Below, in pieces: positions 33,896 to 44,063 of a stretch of DNA of 64,000 bases. How positions within the stretch are numbered: position 1 is the stretch's first letter; each line of letters starts with the position of its first letter. The translations under genes were made by a program, and so were the position numbers. The stretch lies in NCBI GenBank assembly GCA_963674695.2, contig CAXXGI010000003.1, forward strand, positions 864,001 through 928,000, given 5' to 3'. The notes below the pieces were generated by a model. It ran no database searches and was not told the origin of the DNA. It worked only from the letters and a program-made list of their open reading frames with translations. Source of the DNA: a bacterium (GTDB taxonomy: Bacteria; UBA10199; 2-02-FULL-44-16; JAAZCA01).

Positions 33896-36800
33896 CGCTC
33901 ACCTCCACGTCACGGCCGCCGACAAGCGGCAGGATGACCGTAAACGTGCTCCCTTGGCCTTGCTCGCTCTTCACCTCGATGCGTCCGCCGTAGCGCTCGG
34001 TGATATCGCGCGCGATGGGCAGGCCCAGCCCCACGCCGCGACGATCCAGGCGCGTGCTGTAGAACGGCTCGAAGAGGCGATCCATCACGTCAGGGGCGAT
34101 ACCCTCGCCCGTGTCGGTGATGGCCACTGCAATCTCCTCTCCGTTCATTCGTGCGACGATGGTCAGATCTCCCCCCTGCGGCATGGCATCGACGGCATTG
34201 TTGACGATGTTCAAAAAGATCTGGTCCAGCTCGCCGACAATAGCCTCCTTGACGATGGGCTCATTCGGCCGTTCAAAGAGAACCTTCACCTGCTGCTGAT
34301 CGCACTGAAAGACGATCGCCTTGGCGATCCGATCGAGCATACTGCCGAAATCGATCGATACCTGATGGAATTCGCCCCAACGGGAGATCCCGGCCAGCGA
34401 GAGCATCCCGTCGATGATGTCGCGCGTCGAAATGAGCGAGGCCTTGGCCCGTTGCAGCAGCGCGGTCGCCTTGGCGTCGGAGGTAATGCGCGCGTTGGCC
34501 GCCTCCACATGCAGGAGCGCGCCGCAGATGGGGCTGGAGAGCTGATGGGCCACGCCCGCGCCCAGACGCCCCATCGCCGCAAGTTTGGAGGAGGCGAAGA
34601 GATCGGCGCGCGCCTCATCGAGTTCCTTCGTGCGCGCCTCGACGAGTCCGGCCATCTCGTTTGCATAGCGTTGGAGCTGCTCCGCCCCCAGGACCTCCTC
34701 GGTCACATCGACCCACTGGCAGACGACGTTGGTGAGCACCCCCTCGGCGTTCACGATCGGAAACATCGACACATCGATATGCATATCACGTGCACCGGAA
34801 AAATCGGCATGCGCGATGCGAGTTCCCGCCCAGAACATCCGAAACCGAACCGGCTCATGTTTCTCCATCACGCGCTGCACGAGCGGCATCAGCCCCTGCT
34901 GAATCAGGTTCTCGTCCTTACAGACGTTGTACCGTCCGATGAGCTGCGCATCAGTCAGGCCCGCGCTCTCGCGCAGGGCGCGATTGGAACGGGTCATCGT
35001 CCCCTTCTCATCCGAGACCCACATGGCAAATGGACTCTCATCCATGATCCGTTTGAGAAAGGACTCCGATGCCTTCAGCATCTCCTCTGCCCGTTTGCGG
35101 TCGGTGATGTCACGTGCCACCGCCAACATATGCGGCTGACCCCGATATTCATACGCGGAGCCATACACCTCAATCGGAAAGTATTCGCCTCCCTTTCTCA
35201 CATCGATCGACTCCGACTTAAAGCTCTCGCCCTTCAGAATCGCCTCACGGAAACGCGCAAATACGCCCCGACAATCCGGATGAACGATATTCGTTCCGGA
35301 GAGACCGATCAATGCATCATAAGAATAGCCATACATGACACAAGCAGCCGGATTGGCCTCGCAAATCACCCCATCCATATCGAAGATCAAAACCGCATCG
35401 CGAGCGGATTCAAAGATGCCTCGATATTGTTTTTCGCTCTCGCGCAGGGACTGCTCTACCCGTTTGCGCCTGGTGATGTCTTCGACCACAGCAACAAAGT
35501 AGTCCGGTTCTCCCCGCCCATCGCGAATGAGAGAGACGGTCAGGTTGATCCAGACGATCGAGCCGTCTTTGCGGAAATAGCGTTTCTCCATCGCGTAGGT
35601 CTCGATCGTGCCGGCGATCATCTGCCGCACATACGCCAGATCGGTTTCCAAATCATCGGGATGGGTGATATCCTGAAACGTCTTCCCGATCAGCTCGTCC
35701 TGTGCATATCCGACAATATCGCAGATTTTCTGATTGACCTTCATCCAGCGACCGTCGAGCGCCACATGCGCAACCCCGACCGCCGCCTGCTCGAACGTCC
35801 CGCGGAAACGCGCCTCACTCTCGCGCACGCTTGACAAAAGGCGATCGCGCTCATCGATCATGCGCGCCTGGGAGATGTTGGCGAAGCTCAGCGAAGAGAG
35901 CATATGGGAGAGCTTCGCATAGAGGGCCATGATCCGTTCGACGCGTTCATGGCTCCATCGCGGCACGCGGTGAAGCGCCTCAAGATAGGCCTTCTCATCA
36001 AAGCCGTATTGCTGCGCCTGCCGGCGAAAGAGCGCCTCATCGAGCACTTCGTCATCGAAGAAGAATTGTCCCAGAAAGAGGTTTCCGAGATGTTTTCCAC
36101 CGACGACGATGGGAGTGACCATGTCCCACATGTTGTTCTTGCAGTGGTAGAGCTTGAACGTCCCCGGCTCGACCCCGTGGGAGAGCTCGGTGTCGCTCTC
36201 CAGGCAATGCCTTCTCGTCTCGGGATGAACCCGGTGAAACTGCGCACAGATATCCTGCCACCCGACGGAGACCAGGACCCTTCCCTCCATATCCAGGAGC
36301 GCCATGCCGGCACCCGTCACCCGATAGAAATCCTCCATCAGCTTCTGCACAACCACGACATCCATCACATCGCGGAGCGAGAGTTCCCCGATATCCCCCT
36401 CCGGGGCGAGGAGGGCGTCGAGTTTCCGCTGCACTCGCCCCTCGCTCTCGCGCAGGGACTGCTCCGCACGCTTGCGCTCAGTCACATCATCGTAGATGGC
36501 GACGATCTCGCCGGTAGGGAGTTTGTAGACAAAGTTCTCGCGCCAACCGATTTCGCGCGCGTCCTGATAGAGGTGCACCGGGAACTCTTCCGACACGCCC
36601 GTTCGCCAGACACGCTCGAAGACCTCGATGAGACCGAATGGAACCACTCCGGGGAAGACCTCGCGCACTTCACGCCCGATGACCTCCTTGCGCGCGATGC
36701 CGTCCACACGCTCGGCGGCCTCGTTGAACTCCCGGAAGACGAATCGCCTGCCCTCATCCTGCACCTCATAGACGGCCACGCACCCGCTCATGTGACGCAC

Positions 36801-37067
36801 CAACTCCCGATAGCGCTCCTCACTCTCGGTAAGGACGGCCTTGACACGACTGCGCTGTTCTATCGCCAGGACGATCAGGATGCTCGGCACCACATAGAGG
36901 ACGATCGCCAGGAGCCGAACGACCGCGCACGGAGCTGCTATCTGCAAGAAGAGGTAGTCGCTGAATTGACCGCTGAAGAAATGGGAACCGATAAACGCCT
37001 GAAGGAGCCAGAAGGCCGCCACCGGCGCGATCAGGATCAGGATGATTCTTTTGGTATCACGATGCAT
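33885..37067 (-). CDS. Membrane histidine kinase with PocR and PAS domains
   Basis: WQDICAQFHR...C...YHCKNNM (PocR); AHQLSSP; NIVNNAVDA, DTGEGI, GVGLGL. Confidence 0.9.
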   Translation of the reverse strand: MHRDTKRIILILIAPVAAFWLLQAFIGSHFFSGQFSDYLFLQIAAPCAVVRLLAIVLYVVPSILIVLAIEQRSRVKAVLTESEERYRELVRHMSGCVAVYEVQDEGRRFVFREFNEAAERVDGIARKEVIGREVREVFPGVVPFGLIEVFERVWRTGVSEEFPVHLYQDAREIGWRENFVYKLPTGEIVAIYDDVTERKRAEQSLRESEGRVQRKLDALLAPEGDIGELSLRDVMDVVVVQKLMEDFYRVTGAGMALLDMEGRVLVSVGWQDICAQFHRVHPETRRHCLESDTELSHGVEPGTFKLYHCKNNMWDMVTPIVVGGKHLGNLFLGQFFFDDEVLDEALFRRQAQQYGFDEKAYLEALHRVPRWSHERVERIMALYAKLSHMLSSLSFANISQARMIDERDRLLSSVRESEARFRGTFEQAAVGVAHVALDGRWMKVNQKICDIVGYAQDELIGKTFQDITHPDDLETDLAYVRQMIAGTIETYAMEKRYFRKDGSIVWINLTVSLIRDGRGEPDYFVAVVEDITRRKRVEQSLRESEKQYRGIFESARDAVLIFDMDGVICEANPAACVMYGYSYDALIGLSGTNIVHPDCRGVFARFREAILKGESFKSESIDVRKGGEYFPIEVYGSAYEYRGQPHMLAVARDITDRKRAEEMLKASESFLKRIMDESPFAMWVSDEKGTMTRSNRALRESAGLTDAQLIGRYNVCKDENLIQQGLMPLVQRVMEKHEPVRFRMFWAGTRIAHADFSGARDMHIDVSMFPIVNAEGVLTNVVCQWVDVTEEVLGAEQLQRYANEMAGLVEARTKELDEARADLFASSKLAAMGRLGAGVAHQLSSPICGALLHVEAANARITSDAKATALLQRAKASLISTRDIIDGMLSLAGISRWGEFHQVSIDFGSMLDRIAKAIVFQCDQQQVKVLFERPNEPIVKEAIVGELDQIFLNIVNNAVDAMPQGGDLTIVARMNGEEIAVAITDTGEGIAPDVMDRLFEPFYSTRLDRRGVGLGLPIARDITERYGGRIEVKSEQGQGSTFTVILPLVGGRDVEVSDEG

Positions 37068-37086
37068 AATAAGATGCCCCCTGTCC

Positions 37087-38826
37087 TCACTTCACCGTCG
37101 GTTCCTCCAGTGGAAGACGAACGGTAAAAACGGTCCCCTTGCCCAGCTCGCTGGCCACCTCGATCGTACCCTGATAGCGATCGATGATCTGCCTGACGAG
37201 CGGCAAACCGATACCGACGCCATGTTCCTCCAAGCGTGTCGTGAAGAACGGTTCATAGAGCCGAGGCATATGCTCGGGCGCAATACCACAGCCGGTATCG
37301 GCGATGCGGATCAGAATGTGCTCGCCCTCGAGACGGCTCTCAACGAGCAGCAGGCCGCCGTCCTTCATCGCATCGATGGCGTTGTTGATGAGGTTCAAAA
37401 AGACCTGACCCAGCTCGCCGATGTTCGTCTCGATCAAGGGCAGCTCCGGGTCCAGATCGGTGCGAATCTCGATGCTGCGCTTGGTGCAATCGAGCTTGTT
37501 GAGGTCAAGGATGTGCTGCAGCCGTGCGTTGAGATCGGCGCGTCTTCTCCCCGGTTTTTCATGCCGATCGACCACCGCGAGTGAAAGCATGCAATCGAGG
37601 ACTTCGCGCATATCGCTGAGCGATTTCCGTACGCGCACGAGCATCCCATGCGCCTCGCCCCTGTCCTGGCAGTGATCGAGCAGGGTATCCATGTGCAGCA
37701 TCGCGCTCGTGAGCGGCGAACCCAGTTGATGGGCGATACCCGCGCCCATGCGCCCCATCGCCGCGAGTTTCGACTGCTGAAAGAGGTCAGCACGGGCACT
37801 ATCGCGTTCATTGGTGCGTTCGACCACCTCTGTCTCGAGGTTTTCAGCATATCCCCGGAGCTGTGCCTGCGCCTTTCTGCGTTCCGTCACGTCCACGGCG
37901 ATCTCGAAGCGCACATCGCGCCCGTCCGGCCATGTGATGATGCGATCGAAGATGTCGAAGTCGCGCTGCAGGTTCTCGTTGTGAAACTCCCAGCGATAAG
38001 GTTTGCCCTTCTCCTTGAGGATGATGTGGTTGGTGCAAAAGGAACAGGGAGCATCGAGATTCTGGAACTCGCGAAAACACTTCTTCCCGACCGGATCATG
38101 CCCCAAGAGCTCGCGGAAATATCGATTCACGAAGAGGACCTCGTTGTTCACCGGATCGGTCACATAGACGATCTCTTCAAACCCGTCGAAGATCGAGAGC
38201 AACTGCGCGCGCTCAAACGCCAACGCCTCCTGCGTCCGCATCGTTTCCGTGATATCGAGGGTCGTCTCAACGACATTCTGCACGCGTCCCTGCGCATCCT
38301 GAATCGGATACCCGCAGACGCGCCAGATGCGACCGTCGGGCGTGCGCATCTCCGCCTCATGAAACTGCCCGTCCGCGAAGGCTTTGACGACCGGGCACCC
38401 CTCGCAGGGCGTCTCCCGTCCATGCCACACGTCGAAGCAATGTCGCCCCTTCATCACCTCGGGGGAGAAACCCACCGATTCTGCTGCCGCCCGATTCGTC
38501 CAGATGATGTGCAAGCCGGGTTCGTGCAGGATGACCAGTTCATGGACGCTATCGAGGACCGTCCCCATGCGCCGTTCGCTCTCGGAGAGCCGTTCCTCGG
38601 CTTTTTGGCGGGAACCCATCAACGAAACCGTCATCATCCCGAAGAGCGTGAGGATCACCATCCCCATTGCCCGGTGATAAAGGACATGTGCCGGCGCATC
38701 GAGGATGAGGAGATCGAGAAAGGAGAACCGTTCAAAGAAAACCCCCTCAAAGAGGGCGTCGAAGACCCAATAGAGCAGCACCGCAACGAACGTGAGCAAC
38801 ATGATCCGCTTGCGATCCCATTTCAT
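37087..38826 (-). CDS. Membrane PAS histidine kinase
   Basis: Two TM; Cys-containing PAS domains; AHQLGSP; DTGCGI, EPFFTT. Confidence 0.9.
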   Translation of the reverse strand: MKWDRKRIMLLTFVAVLLYWVFDALFEGVFFERFSFLDLLILDAPAHVLYHRAMGMVILTLFGMMTVSLMGSRQKAEERLSESERRMGTVLDSVHELVILHEPGLHIIWTNRAAAESVGFSPEVMKGRHCFDVWHGRETPCEGCPVVKAFADGQFHEAEMRTPDGRIWRVCGYPIQDAQGRVQNVVETTLDITETMRTQEALAFERAQLLSIFDGFEEIVYVTDPVNNEVLFVNRYFRELLGHDPVGKKCFREFQNLDAPCSFCTNHIILKEKGKPYRWEFHNENLQRDFDIFDRIITWPDGRDVRFEIAVDVTERRKAQAQLRGYAENLETEVVERTNERDSARADLFQQSKLAAMGRMGAGIAHQLGSPLTSAMLHMDTLLDHCQDRGEAHGMLVRVRKSLSDMREVLDCMLSLAVVDRHEKPGRRRADLNARLQHILDLNKLDCTKRSIEIRTDLDPELPLIETNIGELGQVFLNLINNAIDAMKDGGLLLVESRLEGEHILIRIADTGCGIAPEHMPRLYEPFFTTRLEEHGVGIGLPLVRQIIDRYQGTIEVASELGKGTVFTVRLPLEEPTVK

Positions 38827-40634
38827 GAAGGGTCTCCCTTCGCATCGAGGGGCAATGCGACCTCGAAGAGAGTGCCTCGTCCCACGTCGCTGTCGACCTG
38901 CATCTTTCCGTGATAACGCTCAACGATCTGCTGTGCGATATAGAGGCCCAAACCCAAACCCCGCCCATCCGAACGCGTCGTGAAGAAGGGCTCGAAGATC
39001 TTGTCCAGATCCTCCGGCAGAATGCCGCCGCCGGTATCCTGCACGCGCACCAGGATAGTGCCCCCCTTCAGACGCGACTCGACCCCCAGCGCACCCCCAG
39101 CGTCCATGACATCGATCGCATTATTGATGAGATTTAAGAAAACCTGATCCAGCTCCCCGCGCACCGCGGAAAGGGGCGGAAGGTTCTCATCCAACAGGAT
39201 GCGCACGGTAATATCGCGATTGTGGCACTCGAGGTTCGCCAAATCGACGATATGCGCCAACACATCGTTGATCTGCACGGGCTCGCGCTTGCGCTCATCG
39301 CGCGTCCCCGACATGGCCAACGACAGCATGCTCTGGATCACGTCGCGCATGTCGATGAACGTGCGCTGAATATCCATAAGCTGTTTGAGCGTCTTCGGCT
39401 GCTGCTGGAGCGCATCGGCCATGGTGTCGACGAGCAGGAGCCCGCCGCTGATGGGGCTAATGAGCTGATGCGCAATGCCGACGCTCATGCGCCCCATCGC
39501 CGCAATCTTTGAGGCGGAGAAGAGTTCCGCACGAATGCGGTCGAGCTCCTTCGTACGACTCTCGACCATGCGTTCGAGATCCTTCGAATAGGCTTCGAGC
39601 TGTCGCCTCGCTTCCATGCGCTCGGTGATATCGCGCACATAGACGAGCACTATCTTCTCATCGTCGATAGAGAGCAAACGCGTATTGACCTCAGTGGGAA
39701 AGACCGTTCCGTCCCGGCGCACCCCCTTGGCCTCGAGGAAGACGCGCCCCTGCCTGTTGTGCTCCTCGATGATTTCACTCAGATGCTCGGCGATCTCAGC
39801 CGGCACGAGATCGCCGACCGTCATCCGCTGGAGTTCCTCCTTGGAATATCCATAAAGATGCGTTGCGGCTCCGTTACAATCGAGCACCCTTCCGTCGAGC
39901 GTCTCGAGAAAGATGGCATCGCTCGAGGCTTCAAACAATGTGCGATAGCGCAGCTCGCTCTCACGCAGCGTCGCCTCCCCCTCTTTGCGACTGGTGATAT
40001 CGCGTGAGATTCCCATGACGGCGATAACGGCACCCCCATGCCGCAGCGGCACCAAACGGGTATCGAGGCAGATGGCCTTTCCCGGCATGTCGATCCAACC
40101 CTCATGCGAAACCGACAGACCACGCTCGAAAACCTCGCGGATATGGCGAGATTGTCGCTCGGCTGTTTTCTCGGAAAAGAGATTCGTCAATCCGTTCCCG
40201 ACTATGCCGGAGGAAGAAAGATGCATCGCCTCCATCCCCCGGTGGTTCACGTATTGAACACGCATATCACGGCCGATGATGAAGATAAAATCGGGAGAGG
40301 ACTCCGCCAACGTTCGATAGCGTTCCTCGCTCTCATGTTCGAGCGCACGCGCGTGCCCAATGTCATGAAAATAACGCCCGGCAAACAACACGCCCGCGAA
40401 GAGGATGAACGCGATCATGAGGGCAAGCGGCTCGGAGACCACAGGCGCCTGAAGAGAGACCGTCGCCACCGAAGCGATGAGACCAGCGAGCTCACGAACG
40501 GGAAGAAAGAGGATGACGAGCGCCACCAGCAACCACCAGATGCGCCGCTGGTCAAGACGCACCTGAACGACGGCAAACGCGGTAGCGATGGCCTGAAGCG
40601 CAACACTCAAATACATCATAGCAGGGGCATGCAC
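38823..40634 (-). CDS. Membrane PAS histidine kinase
   Basis: Three TM, two PAS; AHQLISP; NLINNA, GLGLGL; start uncertain. Confidence 0.88.
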   Translation of the reverse strand: MHAPAMMYLSVALQAIATAFAVVQVRLDQRRIWWLLVALVILFLPVRELAGLIASVATVSLQAPVVSEPLALMIAFILFAGVLFAGRYFHDIGHARALEHESEERYRTLAESSPDFIFIIGRDMRVQYVNHRGMEAMHLSSSGIVGNGLTNLFSEKTAERQSRHIREVFERGLSVSHEGWIDMPGKAICLDTRLVPLRHGGAVIAVMGISRDITSRKEGEATLRESELRYRTLFEASSDAIFLETLDGRVLDCNGAATHLYGYSKEELQRMTVGDLVPAEIAEHLSEIIEEHNRQGRVFLEAKGVRRDGTVFPTEVNTRLLSIDDEKIVLVYVRDITERMEARRQLEAYSKDLERMVESRTKELDRIRAELFSASKIAAMGRMSVGIAHQLISPISGGLLLVDTMADALQQQPKTLKQLMDIQRTFIDMRDVIQSMLSLAMSGTRDERKREPVQINDVLAHIVDLANLECHNRDITVRILLDENLPPLSAVRGELDQVFLNLINNAIDVMDAGGALGVESRLKGGTILVRVQDTGGGILPEDLDKIFEPFFTTRSDGRGLGLGLYIAQQIVERYHGKMQVDSDVGRGTLFEVALPLDAKGDPS

Positions 40635-40755
40635 GTTCCTTGCTCCATCTCTCCGCGCTCCCGCGAACCGTCCGTGCGCGGCATCAAGCCGTGTTCTGCC
40701 GTCCATCGTCGGTGTGCGTCTTCATCATCGACATATTCGCCTCATTCCAAATCCA

Positions 40756-42465
40756 CTAGGTCATCGAGAGCTCATCCGGATCACGGGCGAGATCCCCCTC
40801 ATCGGAGGACTCTTCAGGCCCTTCTCGGGAGAGCGTAAAGGCAAAGATCGAACCCTTTCCCGGATCGCTCTCCACCCGAACCGTCCCGCCATGGCGCTCG
40901 ACAATCTCTTTGACGATCGCCAGCCCCAGACCAAGCCCCTGGGTCCCCGGAGCATATTTGCGTTCGACCTGCCGAAAGCGCTCGAAGATCACGCTCTGAT
41001 ACTCACGCGGAATACCGATGCCGGTATCGGAAACCCGAACCTCGATCGTCTGCACCGTATCGGAGAGTTCAAGAACAATACGCCCCCCCTCGCTCGAATA
41101 TTTGATGGCGTTGTCCAGAAGATTTCCGATTGCCTGATGGATCTTACGGGGGTCACAGCGAAGTTCCGGGTTCTTGAGCTCTCCGATCACTTCGAAGTGC
41201 CGATTGTATTCGGCCATCATCGGTTCGTAGAGCGTGCGCACACCATCGACGATATCCAGGATCGAACACGCCTCTGCCTCCAGGATAAAACGCGCCTTCC
41301 GCAAGCGCGAATACTCGAGCAATCCGTCGATGAGCGCTGCCAAACGATTGGACGCTGCATCTGCCCGCTGCAGACCACGAGTCATCCGCTCGCCGAATTC
41401 ACCCATACTGCCGATGATGGCATTCGAGAGAAAGAGCTTGATGAGCGCCAAGGGTGTTCGCAACTCATGGGAGACCGTCGTGATCAACTCATCCTTGGCG
41501 CGATCGAGTTCACGTTGACGAGTAACATCCGTCACGGTCATCAAGGCGATGGCCGCATGCCGTTCTCCGTCGAGCAAGGATGCCGACACCTGCAGAATGC
41601 GCAGCGGCGCCTTACGGGCAACGAACTCCGCCGTATAGGAATCGCCCGACTCAAACACAACACGCATAAACTCTTCCTGCGGAAACCAACTGCTGGCGCA
41701 CACATGCTCCCATCTCAGCGCCTCCCCTTCCGGTCCATCGAACATCATCTGCGCGGCCTCGTTGGAAAGCAGCACATCTCCCGTCTCATCGATAAGCACC
41801 AACCCCTCCGACATGGCGGCAATGGAGCTGGCGAGCTTTGCACGTTCTTCGTCGACGGCAATGCGAGACTGTTCCACATCGTCGAGCATGGAGAGCACAG
41901 CGCGGTTGCGATCATGGAGCGCACCGATCGCCACTTCGAGTTTTTCATTCGCCTCGCGATAGCCCTGTTCGGCCTGCAGGCGTGCGTTGACCTCCTCCTG
42001 CAAATGATGAATCGCCTCAGAGAGCTCGGTCGTGCGCCCTGCTATCTCCTGTTCCAATTCCATCTGCTGTCGTTCGATCTCCTGTTGTGCCAATCGACGC
42101 TCGGTCACATTCCAGAAGACACCCAGCACTCCGACAGCGGCACCCGTCTCGTCCTTCACCGGAAACTTCATCGTCTGCACCCAGGCTTCTTTACCGTCGA
42201 TGACATATTCCTCTTCGATCATCTTGATCATCCCCGAAGCCATCACCGCGCGGTCATCGGCGCGATATTTTTCGACCAGCTCGGGAGCAAATAAATCGGC
42301 ATCGGTCTTTCCAACGACCTCATCGGGACGCCGCTTGAGATCGCGCGCGAATGCATCATTGCAGCGCCGATAGACCAATTTGGCGTCCTTGAAAAACACC
42401 CGCTGCGGCAAAAAATTGTTCAACGCCGAACGCCAGACCTGCTCGACCTGTTCTTCCTTCATCAT
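40756..42465 (-). CDS. Cytoplasmic PAS histidine kinase
   Basis: VSHELRTPL, NLLDNAIKY, DTGIGI, GLGLGL. Confidence 0.92.
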   Translation of the reverse strand: MMKEEQVEQVWRSALNNFLPQRVFFKDAKLVYRRCNDAFARDLKRRPDEVVGKTDADLFAPELVEKYRADDRAVMASGMIKMIEEEYVIDGKEAWVQTMKFPVKDETGAAVGVLGVFWNVTERRLAQQEIERQQMELEQEIAGRTTELSEAIHHLQEEVNARLQAEQGYREANEKLEVAIGALHDRNRAVLSMLDDVEQSRIAVDEERAKLASSIAAMSEGLVLIDETGDVLLSNEAAQMMFDGPEGEALRWEHVCASSWFPQEEFMRVVFESGDSYTAEFVARKAPLRILQVSASLLDGERHAAIALMTVTDVTRQRELDRAKDELITTVSHELRTPLALIKLFLSNAIIGSMGEFGERMTRGLQRADAASNRLAALIDGLLEYSRLRKARFILEAEACSILDIVDGVRTLYEPMMAEYNRHFEVIGELKNPELRCDPRKIHQAIGNLLDNAIKYSSEGGRIVLELSDTVQTIEVRVSDTGIGIPREYQSVIFERFRQVERKYAPGTQGLGLGLAIVKEIVERHGGTVRVESDPGKGSIFAFTLSREGPEESSDEGDLARDPDELSMT

Positions 42466-44051
42466 CCCTCCACCTGCTTCTTCAATTCCTCGATCACACG
42501 CCTCTGCTCGTCCAATTCCTTTGAGAGCTGACCCACCCGCTCCTCGCTCTCGGCAAGGACGTGACGAAGGCGAACGCCTTCCGTCACGTCCGTATCCACC
42601 CCGCGATAGCCGAGCAACGTATCCGACCTCCCCAGGATCGGCACCCCATTCGTCTCGAGATAGACGATCGAGCCATCCCGATGAACGTTCCGGTTGAGAT
42701 ACCGATGAATCGGCTCGCGGCGCTCAAATGCCTCAAACGCCCCTCCCCGAAGGGAATCACGCGCATCCGCATCGAAGAATTCATAGAACGCGCGTTTGCC
42801 GACAAGTTCTTCCGGACGATATCCAAGGATGCGCTCGACGACCGCGTTGGAATAGGTATAGACCCCACGCGCATCGACCTCCCAGATCCACTCTTCGGCA
42901 CATTCAGCAACCTCTTCGAAACGCCGCTTACTCTCCCGCAGCGCTTCATCGATGCGGCGTTGATCGGTGATATCGCGCGCTATCGAGAGAACCGCAGGAA
43001 CCCCTTCATATTCGATGAGACTCACCGAGAGCTCAATTGGAATAACCTCGCCCCCCTTGGTGCGATGCTCCGCCTCAAAAACCGCCCATCCTTTTTTTCG
43101 CAGTTCCTCCACGCGGGCATCGTATAGCGCAGCGTCGGTCGATGTATCGAGCTGCGCCGAAGTCATATTCATCAACTCTTCATGAGAGTAACCCAACTGT
43201 TCACACGCTACGCGATTCACCTCGAGCATACGACCGTTCAACTCATTGATGAAAAAGGCATCGCTGGCATGATCGAATACTGCTCGGAATGTGCGCTCCG
43301 CCCCTTTGAGCTGGAGATCAGCGCGTTTACGGGAAAAGAGATCCGGAATCTCATACGCCTTCACGCGCGCAGCCAGCTCCGGCGCCCCATGCACATAGTC
43401 ACGAATGCGCGCTTCGATCCTATCGGACGACGCCATAATGAACCGACAACACTCATCTCCGCGGGCCCGGCACAGGATCTCGCTGGCCACAAGCGACATT
43501 CCAAAACTCTCTGAGGACCAACCGGAGGAGTAGCCCGCATTCATGATACAGATGGGATATTCCGCATGGCGACTCTGGCGCACCCACGCATCCGCCTCGA
43601 ACGAATAGGGATGATCGTAAATGATACAGAACTCTTCACCCGGCGTGAGGTTCGATTCGGGATGGATGTCGACCAGGGCCCAGCCGCAATAGGCGAAATG
43701 CACCGGCCCCGCCGAAAGACGCGAGACAGGATCGCGAAGATTCATCCGGTCGTGAAAGCGGCGGGCATCGGCCCGGCCGATCGCATGCGCCAGGTCAAAG
43801 AGCATGTTGCGCGCAAAGGCATCGGCCTGCGATTTCTGCGCCGTATCGAAGAGCGACTCGATCAGATCAAAGAACTCGACCGCAAGGGACGCCGCTCGCA
43901 CCAGAACGTAGCGCTCGCCAGCGATCTCGATCATTCCTTTTTCGGGATGTCGGGAAAAACCCTCAAAATAGGATGAGACGACTTCTTTGGCCTTGGCCGA
44001 TGCCGCCTCCATCCCAACGGGCACAAACACGGTCTTTGGCTGCATCCGCAT
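42462..44051 (-). CDS. XylR-N/V4R plus PAS-PAS sensor without output domain
   Basis: ERYVLVRA, SFEAD, CIMNAGYSSGW, EILCRARGDECCRF; two PAS. Confidence 0.82.
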   Translation of the reverse strand: MRMQPKTVFVPVGMEAASAKAKEVVSSYFEGFSRHPEKGMIEIAGERYVLVRAASLAVEFFDLIESLFDTAQKSQADAFARNMLFDLAHAIGRADARRFHDRMNLRDPVSRLSAGPVHFAYCGWALVDIHPESNLTPGEEFCIIYDHPYSFEADAWVRQSRHAEYPICIMNAGYSSGWSSESFGMSLVASEILCRARGDECCRFIMASSDRIEARIRDYVHGAPELAARVKAYEIPDLFSRKRADLQLKGAERTFRAVFDHASDAFFINELNGRMLEVNRVACEQLGYSHEELMNMTSAQLDTSTDAALYDARVEELRKKGWAVFEAEHRTKGGEVIPIELSVSLIEYEGVPAVLSIARDITDQRRIDEALRESKRRFEEVAECAEEWIWEVDARGVYTYSNAVVERILGYRPEELVGKRAFYEFFDADARDSLRGGAFEAFERREPIHRYLNRNVHRDGSIVYLETNGVPILGRSDTLLGYRGVDTDVTEGVRLRHVLAESEERVGQLSKELDEQRRVIEELKKQVEG

Positions 44052-44063
44052 CCCCCTGTCACC

